Source: Geotalea daltonii FRC-32 (lineage in GTDB: Bacteria > Desulfobacterota > Desulfuromonadia > Geobacterales > Geobacteraceae). Taken from it: a stretch of DNA of 32,000 nucleotides. The notes below the pieces were generated by a model that saw nothing but the letters and a program-made list of their open reading frames with translations, ran no database searches and had not been told where the DNA came from. The stretch covers positions 510,001 through 542,000 of the forward strand of contig NC_011979.1 in assembly GCF_000022265.1 (NCBI RefSeq), in the 5' to 3' direction. How positions within the stretch are numbered: the first letter of the stretch is position 1; each line of letters starts with the position of its first letter. Shown one piece after another: positions 1-7,433 of the stretch. A program made the translations under genes and the position numbers.

Positions 1-551
1 GCACTGCCTGGCATGAGGCGGGCCATGTCATGGTGGCCAAGCTGGTGCCTGGCTGCGACCCGGTGCACAAGGTATCGATCATTCCTCGTGGGCGAGCCCT
101 GGGTGTAACGGTGCAGATCCCTGAAGAAGACATTTACAGCTATACGAAGGAGATGCTGCTGGCACACATCAAGGTGCTGATGGGGGGGAGGGCTGCCGAG
201 GATCTTGTCTTCAATACCACTACCACCGGTGCCGGCAATGACCTGGCCCGGGCAACGGATGTGGCACGGAAGATGGTCTGCGAATGGGGTATGTCAGAAG
301 CGTTCGGTCCTGTGGCCTTTGGTAGTCATGAAAGCACAAAGACCGGAGATGGTGCTGCAGTCAAGGGTTTCAGCGATGCCACGGCAGTGGAGATCGATAC
401 CGAGATCCGGTCCATAGTAACCACGTCCTACGATCAGGTGCGTCGGCTGCTTCAGGCCAATATGGAGACGATGGAGGCTCTGACCCGCGAGCTTGTTGCC
501 AGGGAGACCCTGGGAAGCGCCGACATAGACACCATATTCAGCCGGCAATGA
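1..551 (+). CDS. ftsH: ATP-dependent zinc metalloprotease FtsH, C-terminal part (5' end lies outside the window)
   Basis: The reading frame is open to the window edge. Codons from nt 3 read TAWHEAGHVMVAKL, which contains the HEAGH zinc-protease motif. This is followed by KVSIIPRGRALG and the TTGAGNDL...ATDVARKMV region typical of FtsH. The stop codon is at 549-551. Confidence 0.95.
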   Translation, partial: TAWHEAGHVMVAKLVPGCDPVHKVSIIPRGRALGVTVQIPEEDIYSYTKEMLLAHIKVLMGGRAAEDLVFNTTTTGAGNDLARATDVARKMVCEWGMSEAFGPVAFGSHESTKTGDGAAVKGFSDATAVEIDTEIRSIVTTSYDQVRRLLQANMETMEALTRELVARETLGSADIDTIFSRQ

Positions 552-765
552 CATTCCTCCAATAGGTTTGGAATTAGCCTGAAAACGCGCCCATCAATTC
601 ATCGAAATCACTGCAGATTTCCAACACCTTTGCAATATTTTTTGTTGAAATTGCCGGTCTGGTGATGTACAAAGATCAGGTTCTCATTAGAAAATAGGTC
701 GCTACCTTTGTCCTTTTTGCTCTTCCTCCTCGGGCAGGAACACGACTTGAAGGAAGTCCTGCAGT

Positions 766-924
766 ATGAATAGAGCCTTGTTCAAGGCAACCAACCATGA
801 TCTGGAGCGGTTGTCGGCTGAGGAACTCCGGATTTATCTGGAGATAGTGGATTTGATGGTTGCTGACGGCATGACGCAAGTGGAAGCGGAAGATCAGGCG
901 TATCTTAGCTTCTTCACCAAATAA
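766..924 (+). CDS. candidate small protein, 52 aa, no family recognised
   Basis: ATG..TAA ORF below the apparent 60-aa cutoff of the supplied track. It translates to MNRALFKATNHDLERLSAEELRIYLEIVDLMVADGMTQVEAEDQAYLSFFTK. A purine-rich SD-like GAAGGAAG lies about 10 nt upstream. The ORF ends 24 nt before the REC-PilZ gene on the same strand. Its composition looks like a helical acidic protein rather than low complexity. Confidence 0.3.
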   Translation: MNRALFKATNHDLERLSAEELRIYLEIVDLMVADGMTQVEAEDQAYLSFFTK

Positions 925-947
925 AACTGACGGAGAATTACTGCCGC

Positions 948-1652
948 ATGCGAAAAATACTTCTCGTCAGCGATTCACCCAGCTTCCGGGAAAGGAACAA
1001 GTCTCTGCTGGAGAAAGCACGTTTCCGGCTCTTTACGGCGGCTTCTGCCTTGGAAGCACTTCAGCTGCAGCGGGAAATCGGCGCTGATCTGATCATTGCC
1101 ATGCTGGACCTGCCGGACATGGGGGGAGACATGCTCTGTTCAATGATCCGCCAGGGCAAAGATACCTGCCTGGTTCCAATAATGCTGGTCTGCTACCATT
1201 CTCCCGAGGCAATGGCCCGCGCAGAACGATGCGGAGCCAATGCATGGATCATCAAACCGGTACACCCTCATCTGCTCCTCAGGGAAGTGTGCAATCTTTT
1301 GACTACCCAGAAACCCCGTGAGCATCGGGTAAAGCTGAAAACCCACGTCAACGGCATTTATGAGAGCATGAAGTTTTCCGGTATCTCGCACAATATCAGT
1401 GTTTCGGGGGTCCTCTGTGAGACGGCCCTGGAACTTGCCCCCGATGATCTGATAAAAAACATGTCCATCAAGGTCAATGCCGGTGAAGTAATGACAGATG
1501 GCAAGGTGGTGAGAAAGGTGGCGTTGTCCGACGGCAGGTTCAATTATGGTGTCCAGTTTTTGAATCCTTCCAATGCCTGTCGCCAGCAGATCGGAAAATT
1601 CGTTGCAGCCAGCCTTGTAGCGCATGCTCCATTGTCTAAAGGACGTGGTTGA
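948..1652 (+). CDS. response-regulator receiver domain fused to a PilZ domain
   Basis: The N-terminal roughly 115 aa are CheY-like: KILLVSDS, DLIIAMLDLPDMGG with candidate acceptor Asp54, and IIKP with Lys103. The C-terminal part has PilZ-like PREHRVKL followed 22 aa later by NISVSG (the D/N-x-S-x-x-G motif) and then GKVVRK...YGVQF. A GGAGA SD lies about 10 nt upstream of the ATG. Confidence 0.85.
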   Translation: MRKILLVSDSPSFRERNKSLLEKARFRLFTAASALEALQLQREIGADLIIAMLDLPDMGGDMLCSMIRQGKDTCLVPIMLVCYHSPEAMARAERCGANAWIIKPVHPHLLLREVCNLLTTQKPREHRVKLKTHVNGIYESMKFSGISHNISVSGVLCETALELAPDDLIKNMSIKVNAGEVMTDGKVVRKVALSDGRFNYGVQFLNPSNACRQQIGKFVAASLVAHAPLSKGRG

Positions 1653-1953
1653 CAAGATTATCTCCTGCCCGAAATTTCCGCCGCACCAAAAGTGCCCTGC
1701 CGTTCCTCTGAGTACCCCCGCTTCCTTCTGAATGCCCCTAAAAAGAATCTGCCCAACTATGCAGCCTCACCTGTCTTAACTTTCCGGTATCTGAAAAATG
1801 CCTTCCTTTTCGTGCTGGAAAATTCTGTCCGGCAGGGCTTTATCCCTTGAATTTGTTTCGCGTCAGGTATAGAAAAAAGAGAACTATATCTGGAAATGAG
1901 CTGTTTTCCGACTTGCGGCCTAAACGCAATGGAGCAGGAAATTCCTTCTGGCA

Positions 1954-3939
1954 ATGGAGTACCAAATGAGAAAAGCTTCCCAGCTCTCCGGAAAAAAGCC
2001 GGAATCGGCCAATAAAGGTATTTCTTCGTCAAGTGCCGACCTGGACCAGATCAACCTTTGGCATGAGCCGTTCGTTCATGTCATGCTCATTGTTGTCGCC
2101 GGCTTCGTTGTCTATTTCAACACCATCACCACCCCCTTCCTGTTTGACGACATAACCTACCTCGTCACGAACCCGGCGATTAGGGAATTCAGCTTTTTCA
2201 CCGACAGTGATCGGTTGTTCAGTCTGGGCATTCTTCCCGATGTTAAAAACAATTTTCTCCTGAGGCCGGTTTCCTATTTTACCTACGCCTTGAACTACGC
2301 AGTCCATGGCCTCGATGTAAGGGGCTACCATCTCACCAATCTGATCATTCACATTGGCAACGGGCTACTGGTCTATCTGATGGTTTCATTAGCCTTACAC
2401 ACCCCGGCAATGCTGACAGATGACGAGAAGGAAAATTCTGCACAAGCCGTGTCTCATACGTGGTTTCCACTTTTCAGCGCCTTGTTCTTTGTCTGCCATC
2501 CCCTGCAAACTCAGGCTGTAACCTATATCATTCAAAGATTTACGTCACTTGTAGTCCTTTTTTATCTGGGATCTCTGGTGCTGTATGCGAAAAGCAGGTT
2601 AGCCAAGACCGCGACATCTCAAAGGGTGTGGTATGTTCTTGCACTTTTCTCCGCGGTCATTGCAATGAATACCAAGGAAAATGCCTTCACCCTCCCCTTG
2701 GCGATCATTCTCTTCGAACTGATGTTTTTCTCGGGCCACATGGGCAGGAGGCTTGTCCGCTTGATTCCTTTCCTGCTGACAATGTTGATTATACCTATCC
2801 GTCTCGCCCAACTGTCTTCCATGGCAAAACCTGTGGAGGCAGATGTCCTTGTCGACTCCATAAACCTGGTCAACTTCAGCGGGGTTTCTTCATGGCATTA
2901 TCTGATAACCCAGTTCGGTGTCATCGCCACTTACCTGCGGCTGCTTGTTCTGCCCATCGGCCAGAATTTCGATTACGACTACCATCTGCAGACACAATTC
3001 TTCAGCCTAGGGGTGATGCTTCCTCTCTTCCTGCTTCTTCTCATCATGGGCACAGGCGTCTATCTTTACTGTCGGTCATGGGGTCCCGATCGTCCGCAAG
3101 CTCCTTTGTACAAGCTGGCTGCCTTCGGTATCTTCTGGTTTTTTCTTACCCTGTCAGTGGAATCAAGTATCGTTCCCATAGATGACCTGATCTTCGAGCA
3201 CCGGGTATACCTCCCCTCAATAGGGTTTTTCCTCTCTGCATTGGCACTGGCAGCCATTATCTACCGCCGCCTGGCCAACCGATTCATCTTTACAAGCACG
3301 ATGGCGAATGGCTTACTTGCTGTCATCCTGATAAGTTTGTCAATCGCAGGTGTTGTCAGAAATTCGGTCTGGCAGGATGAGGTGAGCTTTTGGCGGGATA
3401 TCACCGACAAGAGCCCCAACAAGGCCAGGGCTCACTATGGATTAGGAGCCGCCCTGGTGCAGCAGGCAGCCCTTGAGAACAAGATCGATTCCGGCACGTC
3501 CAAAAACGGCGGCCGGGAAAAAATGGAAGCAGGGCTCAAAGAGTTACGCACGGCGATAAAGCTCCGGCCCGATTATCTGCTGGCCCATGTCTGCCTTGGG
3601 AAAACCCTCTCCGATCTAAAGCAGTTCGATGAGGCAACCACCGAGCTGTTGACAGCAGCGCGATTGAATCCGAACAGCCCCCTGCCACATATCTTTCTCG
3701 GGGAATCATATGAAAACAGGGGAGAGTTTACTAATGCCAGAAATGAGTATACCACTGCTATAGCGGCTGATCCGACCCATCCCGAGGCTCACTTGCGCCT
3801 GGGAAAGCTTCATGCCAAGGAAGGAAACCTGCCAGATGCCATTGCTGAACTGGAAAAATCATATCTTGTGTACCCGAACGAGACGACGCAAAAGCAGATT
3901 GATGACCTGAAAGCAAAACTGACGCTGGCTGGAAAGTAA
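1954..3939 (+). CDS. polytopic GT-C fold (TMTC/PMT-like) glycosyltransferase with C-terminal TPR repeats
   Basis: About 11-12 hydrophobic segments are visible. The first loop carries FLFDDITYLVTNP, the acidic DD motif typical of GT-C/PMT-like enzymes. The C-terminal roughly 200 aa contain repeated TPR-like units (AHYGLGAAL, AHVCLGKTL, PHIFLGESY, AHLRLGKLH). An alternative start at ATG 1966 (MRKAS) has a better-placed GGAG SD 7 nt upstream. Confidence 0.85.
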   Translation: MEYQMRKASQLSGKKPESANKGISSSSADLDQINLWHEPFVHVMLIVVAGFVVYFNTITTPFLFDDITYLVTNPAIREFSFFTDSDRLFSLGILPDVKNNFLLRPVSYFTYALNYAVHGLDVRGYHLTNLIIHIGNGLLVYLMVSLALHTPAMLTDDEKENSAQAVSHTWFPLFSALFFVCHPLQTQAVTYIIQRFTSLVVLFYLGSLVLYAKSRLAKTATSQRVWYVLALFSAVIAMNTKENAFTLPLAIILFELMFFSGHMGRRLVRLIPFLLTMLIIPIRLAQLSSMAKPVEADVLVDSINLVNFSGVSSWHYLITQFGVIATYLRLLVLPIGQNFDYDYHLQTQFFSLGVMLPLFLLLLIMGTGVYLYCRSWGPDRPQAPLYKLAAFGIFWFFLTLSVESSIVPIDDLIFEHRVYLPSIGFFLSALALAAIIYRRLANRFIFTSTMANGLLAVILISLSIAGVVRNSVWQDEVSFWRDITDKSPNKARAHYGLGAALVQQAALENKIDSGTSKNGGREKMEAGLKELRTAIKLRPDYLLAHVCLGKTLSDLKQFDEATTELLTAARLNPNSPLPHIFLGESYENRGEFTNARNEYTTAIAADPTHPEAHLRLGKLHAKEGNLPDAIAELEKSYLVYPNETTQKQIDDLKAKLTLAGK

Positions 3940-4061
3940 AATCCCTCCCTCGTTCTTCGCTTGTTCACAGTTGCCTTATGGAAAGCTGCCTTTTTCGCCC
4001 GAGTCTTCATTTAACCATTGCCGACGGCAGGACAAGATGTTATTTTGAAACAGTTTCTGCA

Positions 4062-4090
4062 CCACAGGGACCCCCTGTGGTTTTTTTTTT
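4062..4090 (+). terminator. rho-independent terminator downstream of the GT-C/TPR gene
   Basis: Perfect 8-bp stem CCACAGGG (4062-4069) / CCCTGTGG (4073-4080) with a 3-nt loop. A run of T10 (4081-4090) follows immediately. Confidence 0.75.
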
Positions 4091-4142
4091 GCCGCCGCAT
4101 CAAGGCGGTCAGTTCATGAATAAAAAGGGAGTTTTGTAACAG

Positions 4143-5780
4143 ATGATAACGGCGACAAATATCACACTGGGTTACGGCAAACGCATCCTCTTCAAGGATG
4201 TGAACATCAAGTTTACCCCCGGTAATTGCTATGGACTGATCGGCGCAAACGGTGCCGGCAAATCCACCTTTCTCAAGATACTTTCCGGTGAGATCTCCCC
4301 GGATAAGGGCGAGGTCAGCATCGGCCCCCGCGAGCGGATGGCAGTGCTGCGTCAGGACCAGTTCGCCTTCGATGAGGAAACGGTGTTCAACACGGTCATC
4401 ATGGGGCATGGGCAGCTTTACAAGGTAATGGCCGAGCGGGAGGCTATCTATGCCAAACCTGATTTCAGTGAGGCTGACGGGGTTCGTTCGGCTGAACTGG
4501 AGGCGGAATTTGCCGAGATGAATGGCTATGAGGCCGAATCAGAAGCGGCGGTGCTGCTCAATGGTCTTGGCATACCGGAAGAACTGCGACAGAAACGGAT
4601 GAAGGAGCTGGAGGGTGGTGACAAGGTGCGGGTGCTGCTGGCCCAGGCCCTGTTCGGCAACCCGGATGTGCTGTTGCTGGACGAACCGACCAACAACCTG
4701 GATCTCAAGTCCATCACCTGGCTGGAGGACTTCCTTTCCCGCTTTGCCAACACGGTGATCGTCGTTTCTCACGACCGCCACTTCCTGAATCAAGTCTGTA
4801 CCCACACTGCCGATATCGACTTCAGCCGCATCCAGGTATATGTGGGCAATTACGATTTCTGGTACCATGCCAGCCAGCTCAATCTGAAGCAGAAGCAGAA
4901 CGAGAACCGCAAGGTCTCGGAGAAGGCCGAAGAATTGAAGGCATTCATCCAGCGCTTTTCTTCCAATGCCTCTAAGGCAAAGCAGGCCACCTCCAGAAAG
5001 AAACTCCTGGACAAGCTGACCCTGGAGGATATGCCGGTATCGAGCCGAAAGTATCCGCACATCATGTTCAAGCCCGAGCGCCCGTGCGGTGACATCATTC
5101 TCGAGGTCAAGGGGCTGACCAAGGTGGTGGACGGGGTGAAGGTGCTGGACAACTTTGACCTGATTGTGCGCAAAGGGGACAAGATTGCCTTTGTCGGCGG
5201 CAATGGCCTGGCTCGCACCACGCTGTTCCAGATCCTGGCCGGTGAAATGGAACCTGACAGCGGCTCTTTCCGCTGGGGGGTGACGATCAATCATGCCTAT
5301 TTCCCCAAGGAGCACAGCGCCTATTTCGACAACGACCTCACCCTCATCCAATGGCTCGGTCAGTATTCACCCCCTACCGAGGGAGAGACCTTTGCCAGGG
5401 GCTTTTTGGGCAGGATGCTCTTCTCCGGTGATGAAGCGACCAAAAAGACCAGTGTCCTTTCCGGAGGCGAAAAGGTCCGCTGCATGCTGGCCCGCATGAT
5501 GCTGACCGGGGCCAACGTCCTGATCCTGGATGAACCGACCAACCACCTGGACCTGGAATCGATTACCGCCCTCAACGATGGTCTCATTGCCTATGGCGAC
5601 GTCATACTTTTTGCCTCCCACGACCATGAGTTCGTCTCTACCGTGGCTAACCGCATTATAGAGCTCACTCCCTGCGGTGTCATCGATCGTGTCATGGGCT
5701 TTGACGACTATCTTGAGAGCGCAGAGGTGGCGGCGGAGCGGGACAGGCTTTATCACGGCCATGCGGACCTTACCCTGTGA
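4143..5780 (+). CDS. ybiT: ABC-F family ATPase with two ABC cassettes and no membrane domain, YbiT-like
   Basis: There are two Walker A motifs (GANGAGKST, GGNGLARTT), two ABC signatures (LEGGDKVR, LSGGEKVR) and two Walker B motifs (LLLDEPTN, LILDEPTN). The inter-domain linker is charged (QKQNENRKVSEKAEELKAFIQRFSSNASKAKQATSR). The protein is collinear with E. coli YbiT as I recall it. Note that the second Walker A has R in place of the canonical K. Confidence 0.92.
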   Translation: MITATNITLGYGKRILFKDVNIKFTPGNCYGLIGANGAGKSTFLKILSGEISPDKGEVSIGPRERMAVLRQDQFAFDEETVFNTVIMGHGQLYKVMAEREAIYAKPDFSEADGVRSAELEAEFAEMNGYEAESEAAVLLNGLGIPEELRQKRMKELEGGDKVRVLLAQALFGNPDVLLLDEPTNNLDLKSITWLEDFLSRFANTVIVVSHDRHFLNQVCTHTADIDFSRIQVYVGNYDFWYHASQLNLKQKQNENRKVSEKAEELKAFIQRFSSNASKAKQATSRKKLLDKLTLEDMPVSSRKYPHIMFKPERPCGDIILEVKGLTKVVDGVKVLDNFDLIVRKGDKIAFVGGNGLARTTLFQILAGEMEPDSGSFRWGVTINHAYFPKEHSAYFDNDLTLIQWLGQYSPPTEGETFARGFLGRMLFSGDEATKKTSVLSGGEKVRCMLARMMLTGANVLILDEPTNHLDLESITALNDGLIAYGDVILFASHDHEFVSTVANRIIELTPCGVIDRVMGFDDYLESAEVAAERDRLYHGHADLTL

Positions 5781-5806
5781 GCAATGAAGAACGAAAGGAA
5801 AGAACA

Positions 5807-6256
5807 ATGAATGAGCTGGATCAGGCGCTGGAAGCATTGCGCCAGAACATGGATGACCCCAAAAGCCAATCGAAATTTTATGATCTCTTCCTCAACGCCA
5901 GCTTTCATGTGCCGACGTTGAAGGAGGAGATTAAAGGTGCCGATGAGGGGGGTGCCGAAGGGCAAGCACTGCCGCTGGTGATGGAGTCTGAGGGTAATGA
6001 CTATCTCATGCTCTTCGATAGCAAAGAGAGGCTACTTGCCTGGACCGGGGAGGACGTGGCCAGCGTCCAGGTGCCGGGGCATGTGCTGGCAGCCACTTCC
6101 CAGCCACCCCTGCACTGGGCACTGAACGTAGGCACCGAGTTCTCCAAGCAATTTCTACCCGATGAAATCGCCTGGCTGCGGGAGGTGGTGGAGCGATGCA
6201 ATGCCGCAGCTGCCGAGGAAGCAGAAGGTCAGGGGACTGAAAATCCTGACACTTGA
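5807..6256 (+). CDS. SseB-family protein
   Basis: FHVPTL...LPLVMESEGNDYLMLFDSKERLLAWTGE is the typical SseB N-domain signature. I prefer ATG 5807 (MNELDQ), preceded by AAAGGAAAG, over the track's GTG 5777, which overlaps the ybiT stop and has no SD. Confidence 0.72.
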   Translation: MNELDQALEALRQNMDDPKSQSKFYDLFLNASFHVPTLKEEIKGADEGGAEGQALPLVMESEGNDYLMLFDSKERLLAWTGEDVASVQVPGHVLAATSQPPLHWALNVGTEFSKQFLPDEIAWLREVVERCNAAAAEEAEGQGTENPDT

Positions 6257-6285
6257 TCTCCGGCTGTTTCCCTTTATTAAATGTT

Positions 6286-6319
6286 AAAAAGCCCCGGCTA
6301 CAAGCCGAGGCTTTTTTTT
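6286..6319. terminator. bidirectional rho-independent terminator between the convergent sseB-like gene and pilT
   Basis: Imperfect GC-rich hairpin GCCCCGGCT-ACA-AGCCGAGGC (6291-6311). It is flanked by A5 (6286-6290) and T8 (6312-6319), so each strand sees a stem followed by a U-run. Confidence 0.7.
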
Positions 6320-6343
6320 GCCATTTTGGGTCCAGCCAAACAA

Positions 6344-7414
6344 CTACTGCTGGGGGCGTTCGGGCAGGTACTGTTCGAATTGTTTCTTATCGGCGGAGCA
6401 TCGATAGGCCTCTTCGGGGGAGACCTTCTTCGTCTTCAACAGGTCGAGGATGTGCTGGTCCATGAGCTGCATGCCGTCTTTCTTTGCCGTTTGCATGATG
6501 GAAGGTATCTGGAAGGTCTTTCCTTCGCGGATCAAGTTGCCGATGGCTGGCGTTCCCATCATGATTTCCAGGGCCGCCGATCTACCCTTGCCGTCGGCAT
6601 TGCGCAGGAGCTGCTGGCTGATGACCCCCTTGAGCGACTCTGACAGCATGGCCCGTACCTGCTCCTGGGCGTCCTTGGGGAAGACGTCGATGATCCGGTC
6701 AACAGTCTTGGCCGCGGAACTGGTGTGGAGGGTGCCGAAGACCAGGTGACCGGTCTCGGCGGCGCTCATGGCCAGGCTGATGGTTTCAAGGTCGCGCATC
6801 TCGCCCACCAGGATCACATCCGGGTCTTCGCGCAGGGCGGCGCGCAGGGCGGCGGCAAAACTTTCCGAATGTTCACCGATCTGCCGCTGGTTGAACAGGG
6901 ACATTTTGTTCTCGTGAATGAATTCCAGCGGGTCTTCCAGGGTAAGGATATGCTCGCGCCGGGTGGAGTTTATCAGATCGATCATGGCTGCCAGGGTGGT
7001 GGATTTCCCGGAGCCGGTGGGGCCGGTGACGAGGACAAGCCCCTTTTTCAAAGCGGTCAGCTTCCGTACCCCTTCGGGAAGATTCAACTGGTCTGCCGTC
7101 AGAATCTTGCTGGGGATGATGCGGAAGACGGCGGCTATGCCCCGATGCTGCATGAGCATGTTGCCGCGGAAGCGGGCTATGCCGGGTACCGAATAGGCGA
7201 AGTCCAGATCCTTGCGCTTTTCGAAGTCGGCAATCTGGGTCTCGGAGAGGATCTCATAGAGGATGGACCTAAGATCTTCGTGCCCGAGGCTTTTGAAGTT
7301 GAGACGCTCCATTTCGCCATTGAGGCGGAAAATTGGAGGGGAGCCGGTGGACAAATGAAGGTCCGATGCCCCCTGCTCGTTCATCATCTTGAAAAGTGCG
7401 TCAATACGTGCCAT
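6344..7414 (-). CDS. pilT: type IV pilus retraction ATPase PilT
   Basis: All catalytic motifs are intact. These are Walker A GPTGSGKST, Asp box LEDPLEF, Walker B DPDVILVGEMRD, His box TGHLVFGTLHT, and the PilT-specific AIGNLIREGK (AIRNLIRE-type) motif. A GGAG SD lies 8 nt upstream. The gene starts 19 nt after the stop of the upstream gene. Confidence 0.95.
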   Translation of the reverse strand: MARIDALFKMMNEQGASDLHLSTGSPPIFRLNGEMERLNFKSLGHEDLRSILYEILSETQIADFEKRKDLDFAYSVPGIARFRGNMLMQHRGIAAVFRIIPSKILTADQLNLPEGVRKLTALKKGLVLVTGPTGSGKSTTLAAMIDLINSTRREHILTLEDPLEFIHENKMSLFNQRQIGEHSESFAAALRAALREDPDVILVGEMRDLETISLAMSAAETGHLVFGTLHTSSAAKTVDRIIDVFPKDAQEQVRAMLSESLKGVISQQLLRNADGKGRSAALEIMMGTPAIGNLIREGKTFQIPSIMQTAKKDGMQLMDQHILDLLKTKKVSPEEAYRCSADKKQFEQYLPERPQQ

Positions 7415-7433
7415 AGGTCATGCTCCATCCATC

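Noticed and set aside
676-879. The 67-aa minus-strand ORF in the ftsH / REC-PilZ gap, and the 91-aa minus-strand ORF at 1757-2032.
   Set aside because: Neither has an SD. Their products are basic or irregular (for example MRHAVSNHQIHYLQINPEF... and MTKKYLYWPIPAFFRRAGK...). ORF 1757-2032 overlaps the start of the GT-C/TPR gene. ORF 676-879 competes with a better-supported plus-strand small ORF.
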